Origin: Camelus dromedarius
Lineage: Eukaryota
Reading direction: 5' to 3'
Assembly (NCBI RefSeq): GCF_036321535.1
Contig: NC_087437.1
Location: 60,514,001-60,578,000, forward strand
Length of the DNA stretch: 64,000 bases
The translations under genes and the position numbers were made by a program. Position 1 is the stretch's first letter. Each line of letters begins with the position of its first letter. The notes beneath the pieces were generated by a model. That model saw only the letters and a program-made list of their open reading frames with translations, searched no databases and was not told the DNA's origin. Shown one piece after another: positions 1-13,125 of this stretch.

Positions 1-32
1 AACAGTATACCACAGCTGTATAATTCAAAACG

Positions 33-275
33 CAAGCAGTCTTCACAATACACTGTAGGGTAGGACCATAAAAATGACCCTGCAAAGCACTATGAATAAT
101 CAATGGGGAAAGTTAGGATTGTTCTGTGACCTTTAGAAATTTTTGTCAAAATATTAAAATATTTTCTCTAGTTGATTATAGAATCAAAAATTATACTAAA
201 GTGAGCATTTGTTTAATACATTGTAATTTTAAAAACTAGAAACATTTATAGTGTTTTATTTCTTTGCAGAAAAAA
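33..275 (-). mobile_element. Old TcMar-Tigger DNA transposon end (Tigger13a-like)
   Basis: ggaccataaaaatgacc...gattgttctgtgacctttag..tttttgtcaaaa resembles the remembered consensus end. Confidence 0.5.
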
Positions 276-282
276 AAATGTT

Positions 283-674
283 TACAAAAAAGAAGAGCAG
301 TCTAAACTTAACTCTAGCAGAAGGAAGGATTAGAGCAGATATTAATGAAATAGGAAATAGGACAGCCATAGAGATCAACAAAACCAAAACTTGGGTCTTT
401 GAAAAGATCAACAAAATTAACAAACCTTTAGCTAGACTGACCAAGGAAAAATAGATGACTCAAATTCTAAAAGTAGCAATAAAAGAGAGAAATAAGGGAA
501 TACTTTTATTTATGAATAACTCAGTGTCAACACATTAGGTAACTTAGATGAAATGGACAAATTCCTAGAAAGACACAATCACTCCTATTCAACATTGTAC
601 CAAAGATTCTACCCAAGACAATAAGAAAAAAAAAAAACAACAGACATTCAGTTTGGAAAGGCAGAAGTAAAACT
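283..674 (+). mobile_element. Old L1 ORF2 fragment with internal deletion
   Basis: Translates to IEINKTKTWVFEKINKINKPLARLTKEK; ttagatgaaatggacaaattcctagaaag; ends ggaaaggcagaagtaaaact. Confidence 0.85.
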
Positions 675-697
675 TTTGGGATTTTCTTTTCTTTTAG

Positions 698-842
698 GTG
701 AATAGTGTGTGTTTAGAAGAAGTTACTCATGAAGAAGCAGTAACTGCCTTAAAGAACACATCTGATTTTGTTTATTTGAAAGTGGCAAAACCCACAAGTA
801 TGTATATGAACGATGGCTATGCACCACCTGATATCACTAACC
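698..842 (+). CDS. DLG1: DLG1 exon, C-terminal half of PDZ2 ([48 protein letters not shown])
   Basis: ttttag|GTG acceptor, AACC|gtaagt donor, 145 nt, phase 0 to 1. Confidence 0.97.
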
Positions 843-1063
843 GTAAGTTTGTTTGCTTAAATCTATTTTATTTCCTTAGGGTGTTTATTTTAATGAAAGT
901 TTCCCGATATAAAGTTTAAATGTTATACAAATATTTTAAAAAGAACTATTAAGCATTTTAACCTAAAGTTTAAAAAATCAGCTTTATGTCAGAATCTTCA
1001 TAATTAGAAGGGGGGTTGATCTTTTTCATCTTTACTATTTTATAGCAGTAATTAATATTTAAG

Positions 1064-1258
1064 GCATTGATTCTCAAACTTTTATGTAAATAAGTCACCA
1101 GAGGTATTTGCAAGTAATACAGATTCTTACTTTGTTTTAATAGTTTTGAGATGGAGCACAGAAGTATACTTTAACAAGCAATTAATTTTTTTAACAAGCA
1201 AGATAATTCTTATGCTTCTGGTGCTGCTGGTTCACGGGCTGTACTTTGAGAAACAATA
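1064..1258. mobile_element. MER5A-like hAT-Charlie MITE
   Basis: ttctcaaa ... tttgagaa inverted ends; tgctgctggttca motif. Confidence 0.55.
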
Positions 1259-2455
1259 ACTTAAAATATTTCTAAAACTTGGGCTTTTCCATACTCTGAA
1301 CTGCATGAGCACAGATGTTATCTGTGTACTTCAAGCTCCTAGTGTATTGCCTAACTATGTTTGTGCACAATACAGTTGTATTGCCTAGAATTGAATTGTA
1401 ATGAAAGTACTTATATAATTTTAAGTTTCCTATTTGATTTTCTTTTTTTGATGTACAAGCTGAGATGAGATTTAAATATATTTTTAATGTATTTGTGCTG
1501 GTTGGAAAATGAAAAGACTTATTTGTTTGGTATGTTGAATCAATATTAGAAGCACCCATGTGTAGTAAGATCTTAAATGTACTCTGTAATGTGCTTTTCC
1601 AAGTTTGCCTTTTTAAGTTGTAGAATTTTAGAGATATTTGTGATTTAAGTGGCAGTGTTTCCAGTCTTAAAATGTCCAACTTCATTACCATCACTAATCT
1701 CTATAAGCTAAATACTCATATTTTGAAATGTATATACTGTCCTCTAGTGATACACTTTCATCTTCTGCTCTTTGATTCATTAATTACTCAAGTATAACAA
1801 CTATTTTCTTAATAGTATTCAGTCTCTATAATAATGGACAGAGATGATGTCTTATACTGCATTAGTGTCAGAAAAGAACTTTATTACTTATTCGAAATTC
1901 TTCCATACAGTTGGTCTTACACAGAAACTTTATAGAAGGGCTTTATGTATGTTTATCTGTTATTAGATACGAAATTCAATGATAAGCTATTTTATTCACT
2001 AATTTAAGTATCAATCTTATTTATTTATTATGCTGCCTTATGTGCCAGTTCCACAAATTGAGAATTGGCGTCCTGATTATGGCCAAATGTACAAATAGCC
2101 AGGCTGCTTCTAATAAATATGAGGAGTGGAAAAAATGTTACTTTTATTTAATTTATTTAAATTATTAGATTTATTTAAATCTAATTATTTAAATCTGTTT
2201 ATATAAAATAATATGAAACTTAAAAATGAAAATGAAAGAGCTAGTCCTAAAGAGTAATAATTAACTAATGATTGACTTTTCTCCCTGTGGGCATATGTAG
2301 TGTGCTTTTTTCTTCCTTATTCTCTCTTTCTTTCCTTCTTTCTTTTTTTTTTTTTTTTAACATCTGTCATTAAACTATTAAACTTCAACTTTCTCACAGT
2401 GTTTTACCTTGCTAGTTCAACTTTATCATAATGTTCTGTTTCCATTCTCCTCTCT

Positions 2456-2505
2456 TTTTAGGCAACTACAATTATGACTTTTAGGCAACTACAATTATGA
2501 CTTTT
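2456..2505. repeat. Perfect 23-bp tandem duplication (ttttaggcaactacaattatgac x2)
   Basis: Directly visible in the sequence. Confidence 0.95.
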
Positions 2506-2719
2506 GTTTCACACTTTTAGTTCATGTTCCTACTACATATGCCATTCATAAATAACTTATTTATGCATTTTTTTAAAAAGCATTTGTTTTTGAAAACATT
2601 TTACATAAATAATTTTTACCTGTCAGCGCTCCTGAAGCCCTTGCCATCAGACTATTCAATTTAGTGCCTATGCCTTATGCTGTTAGTAATCTAGTGTCCT
2701 CATCAGTCTGGTTTAGTCA

Positions 2720-3250
2720 CTGAAGATTTTAGTGTCAGGCTCATTGTCCTTGATACTGTTATTCATGTTGTCATTCTTAGTGATATCCAGCCAAAATCCA
2801 CACTGATTCAACAACGTGGCTTCTTTCTTAATCTCTTTTTTTCTAACCATCCTGCCCTCCACTCCAACTCAGGTGCTTGCTTCCAAGATACTAATTTAGA
2901 TCTCCCAAATCTTGATTTAAATCATCCCATTCTCTGACTACATCTATCAGTTTATTTACTCCTATTCTAACAGTTCATCCTGATTTTGACCCTTCAATCA
3001 CTTGACACCATCACTTGGTTGTCCCCTTGTACCTCTACTTATCTACTTTTTTTAGCTTAGCCTCTATGGTTTGTCATGGTAGTCACTTCCTTGAATGTAT
3101 TGTCTCCTTTCGTGCCCTCTCCATCTTCACTGGCAAAATCCCAGCCTTTGTTCAACCTGCTACCTTCATCCATTCCTGCTCCCTAAAAAGAAGAATATGA
3201 CTGGAGACAAGCAAAGAATTGTAGTTTAACTTATGACCATAAGTCTCAGA
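2720..3250 (+). mobile_element. Degenerate L2 LINE fragment
   Basis: C/T-rich L2-like motifs (ccatcctgccctccactc, ctctgactacatct, ggcaaaatcccagcc). Confidence 0.5.
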
Positions 3251-3397
3251 TGGGGTCACACTCTTGTGATTATAATCAAAATATGGATAATAGCCAAAAT
3301 ATGGTACCCAAGAATAAAAGTAGGTTTATTACTGAAAAAGAAAAGTTTGATCTGAAAGAGAACATAGTTTGTTTGCTGACATTAAAATGCTCATGCT

Positions 3398-3537
3398 GGG
3401 GGAAGGGTATAGCTAAGTGGGAGAGCACATGCTCAGCACCCAAGAGGTCCTGGGTTTGATCCCCAGCACCTCCTCCAAGCGGAAATCAAGGAATCAATCT
3501 AATTACCTCCCCCTCATAAAAAAACAAACAATGCAAG
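3398..3537 (+). mobile_element. tRNA-derived SINE, camelid Vic-1-like
   Basis: ggggaagggtatagctaagtgg A box, gggtttgatcccc B box, ctaattacctccccc, A tail; TSD taaaatgctcatgct (3383-3397) / taaagtgctcttgct (3538-3552). Confidence 0.88.
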
Positions 3538-3751
3538 TAAAGTGCTCTTGCTTTTGCGTTATGTATCTTTTCACTTTTAATTTATATTCCCTTCAGCTCG
3601 AAGTCCTTGTTAAACTTCTGATTTGGCCACTGATCTCTTCCTACTTTAACTTTAAGCTCTTCCACTTACTTGCTTTTCTCCTAAACTTTGGAGAGTTTGG
3701 GTCATTAATCTTGATATCTAAGGACAATAAGTTAGGCTCCCTTGGGTTTGT

Positions 3752-4567
3752 TAATTTATTTATTAATTAAAGTACAGTTGATTTAACAATGTTGTATTAG
3801 TTTCTGGTGTACAGCATAGTGATTCAGTTACACATATATATTCCTTTTTATTATGGGTTATTATAAGATATTGAGTATAGTTCCTTGTGCTATATATACA
3901 GTAGGACCTTGTTGTTTATCTGTTTTATATATAGTAGTTTATAGTTGCTAATCTCAAACTCCTAATTTATCCTTCCTCCTTCTTTCCTCTTTGGTAACCA
4001 TAAGTTTGTTTTCTATGTCTGTTTCTGTTTTATAAATAAGTTCATTTGTATCATTTTTTTAGATTCCACGTACACCTGATATCATATGGTATTTGTCTTT
4101 CTCTGTCTGAGTTACTTCACTTAGTATGATAATCTCTAGATCCACCCAGATTGCTGGAAATGACATTATTTCATTCTTTTTTATGGCTGAGTAGTATTCC
4201 ATTGTGTATATATACCACATCTTCTTTATCCATTCATCTGTTGATGCACATTTAGGTTGCTGCCATGTCTTGGCTATTGTAAATAGTGCTGCTGTGAACA
4301 TTGGGGTGCATGTATCTTTTTGAATTAGAGTTTTCTTTGGATATATGCCCAAGAGTAGGATTGCTGGATCATACAGTAGTTCTATTTTTAGTTTTTTAAG
4401 GACCTTCCATACTGTTTTTCATAGTGGCTGCACTAAATTACATCTCAACCAACAGTATAGGAGGGTTCCCTTTCCTCCACACCCTTTTTATTTATTGCAT
4501 TTATTGTTTGTAGGCTTTTTAATGATGGCCATTCTGACAAGCGTGAGGTGATACTTCATTGTAGTTT
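3752..4567 (-). mobile_element. 5'-truncated L1 (ORF2 C-terminus plus 3'UTR), laurasiatherian type
   Basis: ORF 4059..4352 DTCTPMFTAALFTIAKTW..WIKKMWYIYTMEYYSAIKKNE; degenerate TSD ttaggctcccttg / ttaggttcctttg. Confidence 0.92.
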
Positions 4568-4822
4568 TTAGGTTCCTTTGTTTTGTAGTTCTCTGAGGAA
4601 TCTTTTTTGGTATAGGAAAGAGCACTGTTTTATCTGACCGTTCTTTGTGCTGTCATTTCTTTGATAGGAACATTAATTTTTAGTTCCTGCCATGTGAGAT
4701 ACTATTCCTTACCTGTGAAAATGACTCCTCCAGAAAGAGTTCATTGAATAAAGGCACAGTCTGGATATGGTTAGAAAAAGGTACATCTTCTGGCTTGGGC
4801 AGTTGACTTAATTTTTTGTCCA

Positions 4823-4897
4823 GTTGTTTTGTTTTTTGTTTGTTTGTTTTGTTTTTTTTTTGTTGTTGTTGTTGTTTTTGTTTTTTTTTTTTTTTTA
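4823..4897. repeat. Compound T-rich / (GTT)n simple repeat
   Basis: Directly visible in the sequence. Confidence 0.9.
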
Positions 4898-5857
4898 GTT
4901 TCAGCCAGGCTTGATAATGCAGCAAAGAAATTTGAGTCAAAATTAGTAAACTCTGGACTTTAAAAGGCCAGTGATTGTAGTGGTTCACATGAATGTCTGT
5001 TGCTTTAAGGCAATGTGCCGGCTCCCTTGAAAATCACCCAGGGAAAACTTTGGACTTTAGAAGTCAAGAGCCATTGGTAGAAAATCCTTTGGCTCAAATG
5101 CAAAAGATCATCTTATATGTAAACTGAACGGGAAATAGTTACTATTGGAAACTGTAAACTTGTAAAATCAAAGATACACCAGATTTCCAATTATCAGTAT
5201 TGGAATTATCAATAGACATAGATTTTTTTCCTTTTTGAATGATTACTGAGAGATAGAGATGCTATCTGCTTTTGCTAGAGCACACATTCTTTCCAGTACA
5301 CCATAGTTCCAGTCATTACCTATTGTCTTTCACTAAGGTTACTTCACTCATATAAGTTAATTACCTATTTGGCCACTGTGGTAATTTGAAGTAATGATCC
5401 TTGCATTTTTGTATTTTCAATGTGTATTACGATGTTTTGTGCATAGAAGACACTTGGTCATGTAATGAAAGAAGAGATTGATGATTAAATAATAAATATT
5501 ACAGCTAGATTTTGAACTTCTTTATAACTTTATCATAGTTAATGCCTCAAAAAAGTTAAATATTGCTTTCTGTGTGCTTCAGTAATAATACAAAATTCAG
5601 ATGTGTTGTGCTTTTGGAAGTTAAACCTGAAATGTGTTGCTTACCTGGATGAGGAATAGCTTTATAATTTTCTGTTCTTAGCTCTTGCTAGAATTACAAG
5701 CTATCTGTAATGTTTATTATTATTGAAATGAACCAGGAAATAATTTTAGCTTATTTTTTATTTTTGCTTTTTAGCAGGTTTCCATTCTTTTATGAGTGTA
5801 TTAAAAAAAGTAATTATAAACTAGATTGACAGATCTGAGCTGGTGTCAGGGCATATC

Positions 5858-8800
5858 TTTTTTTTTTTTTTTTTAACAAACAAGACTTTATATTTTAGAG
5901 CAATTTTAGGTTCACAGCAAAATTAAGTGAAGGTTTGGAAATGTCCCACCTGCATAGCCTCTCCTATTGTCAACATCTCCCACCAGAGTAGTATATTTGT
6001 TACAATTGATGACCCTACATCATTACCTAAAGCCCATAGTATACATTAGGGTTCACTTTTTTTTTTTTAATAGACTTTATTCTTTTAGAGCAGTTTAGGT
6101 TCACAGCAGAATTGAACAGAAAGTACAGAGAGTTTGCACATAGCCCTCCCTACCCACACATACATACTCCCCTACCCTCAACATTCCTCATCAGTGTGAC
6201 ATATTTGGTACAATCAGTGAACCAACATGGTTTACATTAGGGTTCACTCTTGATGATGTACATTCTATGGGTTTAGACAAGTATATAATGGCATGTACTC
6301 ACCGTCAGTATCATGCAGAGTAGTTTCACTGCCCTGAAAATCCTGTGCTCTGCCTGTTCATCCTTATCTCCCCTCTAAGCTCTGTCAGTCACTGATCTTT
6401 TTACTGCCTCCATAGTTTTGCCTTTTCCAGATATTATATCATATAGTATGTAGTCTTTTAAGGTTGGCTTCTTTCACATAGTAATATGTGTCTAAGTTTC
6501 CACCATATGTTTTCATGGTTTGATAGCTCCTTTCTTTTTAGTGCTGAATAACTCTTTGTCTGTATGTACCAGTTTATTTATCCATTCACCTACAGAAGAA
6601 TATCTTGGTTTCTTCTAAGTTTTGGCAGTTATGGACAAAGCTGCTGTTAAACATATGTGAGCAGGTTTTTTTGTAGACGTTAGTTTTCAGCTCCTTTAGG
6701 TAAATAACCAGGAGTGCGACTGCTGAATTATGTGGTAAGAATATGTTTACTTTTATAAGGAATTGCCAAACTGTCTTCCAGAGTGGCTGTGCCCATTTTT
6801 CATTCCCACCAGCAATGTTATGAGAGTTCTGTTGCTCCACATTCTCATGAGCATTTGGTGTTATCAGTGTTCTATTTTTTGGCCATTCTAATAGTTATAC
6901 AGCAGTATCACATTGATTTAATTAGCATTTCCTTGATGATATATCATGTGGAGCATCTGTTCATATGCTTATTTGCCATCTGTATATCTTCTTTGGAGAA
7001 GTGTCTGTTAAGAGTCTTTGGCACATTTTTTAATTGGATTGTTTATTGTCTTGTTGCATGTAAGAGTTTTTTGTATATTTTGGCTAACAGTCCTTTATCA
7101 CATGTATTTTTTGTGGCTATTTCCTCCCAGTCTGTGGCTTGTCTTTCATTCTTTAGACAAGTCTTTCACAGAGCAGAAATGTTTAATTTTAATGAAGTCT
7201 ACCTTGTCAATTTTCTTTACGATTTATGCCTTTGGTGTTGTCTCTAAAAAATCATTGCCAGCCCCAGCATCATCTAGATTTTATCTTATGTTATCTTCTA
7301 GGTTTTTTATAGTTTGGGGTTTTGTTAGGTCTGTGATCCATTTTGAGTTAATTTTCATAAAGTTTATATCTAGATTCTTTTTTTTCAAAAGTGTGGATGT
7401 CCAGTTGTTTTAACAACATCTGTTGAAAAGACTGTCTTTACTCCATTGTATTGCCTTTGCTCCTTTTTCAAAGATCAGTTGACTATATTTGGGTCTATTT
7501 CTGCATTCTGTTACATTCTACTGATCTGTTTTTTCTTTTGCCAGTATCACACTGTCTTGATTACTGTAGCTTTTTAGAACTCAGGACGTATCAACCCTCC
7601 AGCTTTGTTCTTCTGCTTCAATATTGTATTGGCTATTCTAGGTGTCTTGCCTCTCTATATAAACTTTAGAATCAGTTTGACAATATCCACAAAATAACAT
7701 CCTGGTATTTTAATTAGGATCGCATTGAATCTATAGATCAAGCTGGGGAGAACTAATACCTTGACAGTATTGTGGCCTCCAATATCAGTGAACATAGAAT
7801 ATCTCTCCATTTGTATCTCTCCATTTATTTAATTCTTCTTTGATATGTTTCATCGGAGTTCTGTAGTTTTCTTCACATAGATCTTCTATATATTTTGTTA
7901 AATTTATACCTTAGTATCATTTTGGGGGGCTGCTAATATAAATGGTCCTGCGTTTTTAATTTCAGATTACACTTGTTCATTGCTAGCATATAGGAAAGCC
8001 ATCGACATTTATATATTAACCTTATATTTTGCAGCCTTGCTATAATTGCTTATTAGTTCCATGAGTTTTTTTGTCAGTTCTTTCAGATTTCTTACATAGA
8101 CTATCTGTCACATCTGCAAAGAGTTTTATTGCTTCCTTCTCAATCTATATACCTTTTATTTCCTTTTCCTATCTTAACGCATTAACTAGGACATCCTTCA
8201 CTTGCTCTAATTTTAGTAGTAAAGTTTCAAGCTTCTCACCATTAAGTGTTATGTTAGCAGTAGAATTTTTGTAGAATATCCTTCATCAGGTTGACAAAAC
8301 CCCTTTCTATTCTAGTCAACTGAGAGTCTTTATTATGAATCGATATTAGATTTTATCAAATGCTTTCTCCTGATATGATTATGTGACTTTTCTTTAGTCT
8401 TTTGGTGTGATGGATCATATTGTCCTCTAAAGGTGGAACCTACCTTGCATGCCTGTAATAAATCCTAGATGCTTGTACTGTATAGTTCTTTTTATACGTT
8501 GTTGGATTTGACTTGCTAATACTTTGTTGAAAATTTTTCCATCTATGTTCATGAGAGAGATTGTTCTATAGGTTTTTTTCTTGTAATTTCTTTATCTGGT
8601 TTTGTTAGGATAATGCTGGCCTCAGAGAATGAGTTAGGAAATATTCTGTTAGCTTCTGTCTGCTGGAAGACATTATAGAGACTTGATATAATTTCTTGGT
8701 TAAATGTTTGGTAGAACACAAAACTAAACCCATCTGGGACTGGTGCTTTCTTTTTGGAAGGTTATCAATTATTTATTCAGTTTCTTTAATAGGTTTATAG

Positions 8801-11800
8801 CCTTTTTCATATTGTTTATTTCTTTTGTGTGAGTTTGGGCGGATTGTGTCTTTCAAGGAATTGATCCATTTCACCTAGGTTATCAAATCTTTGGGCATAA
8901 AGTTTCATAGTATTTCTTTATTACTATTTTAAAGTTCATGGAATCTGTAGTGATATGCCCTCTTTCATTTCTGTCTTCTCTGTTTTATTCTTAGTTAGCC
9001 TGGCTAGAGGCTTATCGGTTTTATTGGTCTGTTCAAAGACCCAGCCTTTGGTTTTGTTGATTATGTCTGTTGATTAACTATTTTGAATTTCATTGATTTC
9101 TGCTCTTTTTTTTTTTTCCGTTTTTCCTTCTGCTTTCTTTGAATTTAATTTGCTCTTCTTTTTCTAGTTTTAAAATGTGGAAGCTATGAAGATTCATTTT
9201 AGATCTTTTGTTTTTTTCTAATATATGCATTCAGTACTGTCAGTTTCCTTCTAAGCACTGTTTTTGCTGCATCCCACAAGTTTTTATAAGTTGTGTTTTC
9301 ATTTTCATTTAGTTCAAAACATTTCTTAATTTCTCTAAAGATTTTTTCTTTGACCTAAGTGTTATTTAGGAGTGTGTTATTAAATCTCCATGTATTTGGG
9401 GACTTTTTACATATCATTTTGTTATTGATTTCTAATTTAATTTCATTGTGGTCTGAGAGTGAACATTGTATGATTTCTATTTTTTTTTAATTTATTAAGA
9501 TGTGTTTTATAGTCCAGGACATGCTGTCTTGGTGAATGTTAGGTGTGAGCTTAAGAATATGTGTTCTGCTGTTGTTGGATGAAGTAATCTATAGGTGTCC
9601 ATCATATCCCATTAATTAGTGATATTGTTGAGTTCAACTGTGTCTTTCCTGATTTTCTGCCTGCTGAATCTGGTCATTTCTGATAAAGAGGTATGGATTA
9701 ATCTGCTTTTCCTTTTATTTTTGTCGGTTTTGGCCTCACATAGTTTGACACTCTGGAGTTAGATGTGTACATGTTAAGGATTGTTAAGTCTTCTTGGAGA
9801 ATTGCCCACTTTATCATTAAGTAGTGCTCTCCTTTAACCCTGATAATTTTCCTTATTTTGAGATCTTCTCTGTCTGAAATTAATAATAGCTACTCCTGCT
9901 TTCTTTTGATTAGTGTTGGTGTGGTATATCCTGAGCCATCCTTTTCCTTTTAATCTGTATAGGCCTTCATACTTAAAGTGGCTTTCTTATAGATAATACA
10001 TAATTGGATCTTGTTTTTTCGGTTGACTCTGACAATATCTGTCTTCTGATTGGTGCATTTAGACCATCGTTGTTCAAGGTGATTATTGATATAGTTGGAT
10101 TAATGTCTGTATTTGCTATTCTTTTCTATTTGTTACCCTTGTTCTTTGTTCCTATATTTGTCATCCATTTTTCCTGCCTTTTATGTTTTTAATTAAGCAT
10201 TTTATTTGATTCTATTTTTTCTCCTTTCTTAAAAGTATATTAGTTATATTCTCTTTTACTTTTTTTAGTGCTTGCCCCAGAGTTTGCAATATAGATTACA
10301 ACTAATCTAATTCCACTTTCAGATAACAGTTGCACACCTTCGTGGGTAGTATCAGTTGCTGATAATAACAAAATAATTCTATTTTCCTCCCTCCCATCCT
10401 TTGTATAATTGCTGACATTCATTTCATTTATACATAATTATATATATATACACATAAACAAAGATAGTTGAATACAGTACTGCTCTTATTTTGAGCAAAG
10501 TATTACTTGTCAGATCAATCAAGAATAAGAAAAGTAAGTTTTATTTTATCCTTACTTATTCCTTCTTCAGTGCTCTTCCTTTCTTTCCATATAACTTTCT
10601 GTATAACTGAGTTTTTGAACTACTAACTTTCCTTCTCCCTGAAGAACTTTTGACATTTCAAAAGGCAGGTCTACTAGCAATAAATTCCCTCAGTTTTTGT
10701 TTATATAAGAAAGTCTTGATTTCTTCTTCATTTTAGAAGGATAACTTTACAGGGTATAAGGTGGATTTTTTTTTTTTTCTCTTAACACTGAATATTTCAC
10801 TCTACTGTCTTGCTTAAATGGTTTCTGAGAAGTCAGGTGTAATTCTTACCTTGTATAGTAGGGTGAGGGGGTTTTTTTCCCCTGTGGCTTCTTTTAGGGT
10901 TTTTCTTTCTTTTTCTTTTTTTCCTGTAGTTTGAAAATTATACACCTAGGTGTGACTTTCTTTGCATTTATCCTGTTTAGTGTTCCTTGAGCTTCCTAGA
11001 TCTATGATTTGGTGTCTAACATTAATTGGGACATTCTCATCATTATTGCTTCAGATATTTCTTCTATTCCTTTATCTCTTCCTCCTTTTGGTACTCTCAT
11101 TATGTGTATGTTACACTTTTTGTAGTTAACACAAGTTTTTGGATATTCTGTTCTGGTTTTTTTTTTTTTTTTCGAGTTATTTTTTTCTCTTTGCTTTTCA
11201 GTTTTAGAAGTTGCCATTGAGATATCCTCAAGCTCAGAGATTATTTCCTCAGCCATTTCCAGACTACTAGTAAGCGCGTCAAAGACATTCATTTCTGTTA
11301 CAGTATCTTTGATCTCTAGTATTATTTTTCTTTCTTCCTTAGTATTTGCATCTCTCTGCTTATACTGCCCATCTGTTCTTGCATACTGTCTGCTTTATCC
11401 ATTAGAGCCATTAGTATGTTCATCATTACTGTTTCAAATTCCTGGTATGCTGATTCAAATTGCCGTATATGAATTTGGTTCTGATGCTTTCTCTGTCTCT
11501 TCAAACTGTATTTTTGCCTTTTGGTATGTCTTGTAATTTTTTTCTTGATAGCCAGGCATGATGTACTGTGTAAAATGAACTGTTGTAAATAGGCCTTTAG
11601 TAATGTGATTGATAAGGTGTTGGGTTAGAAAAGTGTTATATAGTCCTGTGATTAAGTCTCAGTCTCCTAGTGAGCTTGTGCCTCTAGAATGTGAACTTCA
11701 TAGCACTTCTCAGTATTCTCCCCTCTTCCCTTCTGGGACAGAATGGCTAGATGGGCTAGAGTTGGTTATTTCCCTTCCCCCAGGTCAGTTGGGATCTGAT

Positions 11801-12300
11801 AAAACCCCAGCAGGTGAAGCTCTGGTTAAAAAGTTTCCCCTGAGGGCTGACAAGAACAAAATGCTCTTGTGTATTTCAAAATAGTTCCTTTTCCTGCCAG
11901 AACCATGGGGAGATTTTTCTCCAGTATTCACTGTGAGAACCTGGTAGAGATCCAGGAGGTAAAACTCTCAAAAGTGTGGGGTCCCTGATGACCATGTACC
12001 CCCTGGAGTTTTTGAGTCTCAGAGTTGTGCACACTGAGCCTCTAGCAGTTTGTCGATTACAGTTCAGGTTACTCTATCCCAGCCCTTGTTCCCACAGAGG
12101 TTTCTGTTCTGATAAGTTGCGATTCTCTGTGTTCACCTATCAGTCTCTCTGATTAGGGGACAGTGTTTTGCCCTGTGACCTCTCTCTTAAGGATCTAAGA
12201 AGGGTTGTTGATTTTTCAGTTTGTTCAGCTTTTTAGTTGTTATTAGGACAGAGTAAGGACTCAAATCTTCTCACAAGCCAAACTGGAAACTAGAAGTGCC
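5858..12300 (-). mobile_element. Ancient near-full-length L1 (L1MC-like 3'UTR), decayed, with internal ORF2 deletions
   Basis: Poly-T tail, agactttattttagagca 3' end, ORF2 remnants (QPLWKTVWQFL), ORF1 remnants (LEMAEEIISELED, 11002..11292), 5'UTR-like sequence to ~12300. Confidence 0.9.
6058..6232 (-). mobile_element. Short 5'-truncated L1 3' end nested in the larger L1
   Basis: Has its own poly-T tail; 16-bp TSD tacattagggttcact on both sides. Confidence 0.75.
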
Positions 12301-12392
12301 TCAGTCTGTTTTAAAATTTTGTCAAGCATAGTCTTTTTGCACCTATTTTTAAGCTTTTGGGTTTTGTTATTTATAATCAAATTTTGAGTATA

Positions 12393-12594
12393 CATTTGAT
12401 CATTGAACAACATGGATTTGAACTACACGAGTCCACTTATACGTGGATTTTTTTCCCTACATGCTACCGACCTGCAGTTAGCTGAATTCATGAATTCAGA
12501 ACCATGGATATGGAGGCCCAACTCAACTTTTTATGTGGATTTTCAACTGTGTGAACTGGTGCTTCCAACCACCATGTTATTCAAGGATCAGCTA
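12393..12594. mobile_element. Tigger2-derived MITE (MER8-like)
   Basis: TIRs catttgatcattgaacaacatgg / ccatgttattcaaggatcagcta, TA flanks. Confidence 0.8.
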
Positions 12595-13004
12595 TATATA
12601 TTTTTTGAAAATAGTGATCTACAAAATAACTTCTTAGAAAAAAAAAGTTACTGTACTTAAGATTAATTTAGTTTACTCTTTTCTGTGACAGTCTTTTAAA
12701 TAACCTTTCCTGGATTACATTCTGCAAATCAGTTACTGTAAAACTCCTTTTTAGTTCTGTTTTCTCAAAAGAAACCAGATGGATAAGTTTGCTTTACTGA
12801 TCTAAATTTCTAACCTAGTTTTTACCCAGAAACTTGAGCTTCTCTAATTTTTTTTACCTAATAAATTAATTTTCTGTATGAAATCCTACTACATAAGTGA
12901 GTGAATATGAATTATACATTAACTCACTTTGAAATTGATCATTCAGACATGTGGTACTGAATGGTTTGTTTCATTTTTCAAGTGTTTTTTACTTTATTTT
13001 GAAG

Positions 13005-13125
13005 CTGCTTCTCAGCCTGTTGATAACCATGTTAGCCCATCTTCCTATTTGGGCCAGACACCAGCATCACCAGCCAGATATTCGCCTGTTTCCAAAGCAG
13101 TGCTTGGGGATGATGAAATTACAAG
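13005..13125 (+). CDS. DLG1: DLG1 exon, PDZ2-PDZ3 linker ((P)[39 protein letters not shown](R))
   Basis: ttttgaag|CT acceptor, AAG|gtaagg donor, 121 nt, phase 1 to 2. Confidence 0.96.

Noticed and set aside
698..919. ORF-track 73-aa protein treated as a standalone gene
   Set aside because: It is a DLG1 exon read through its donor at 842 into the intron.
1272..1694. 140-aa antisense ORF (similarly 48143..48586 and 52858..53229)
   Set aside because: No recognisable homology or splice/promoter context; ORFs of this length are expected by chance in 64 kb.
3398..3475. tRNA gene
   Set aside because: The A/B boxes belong to a SINE head with a tail and TSD; there is no intact cloverleaf. The same applies to the other copies.
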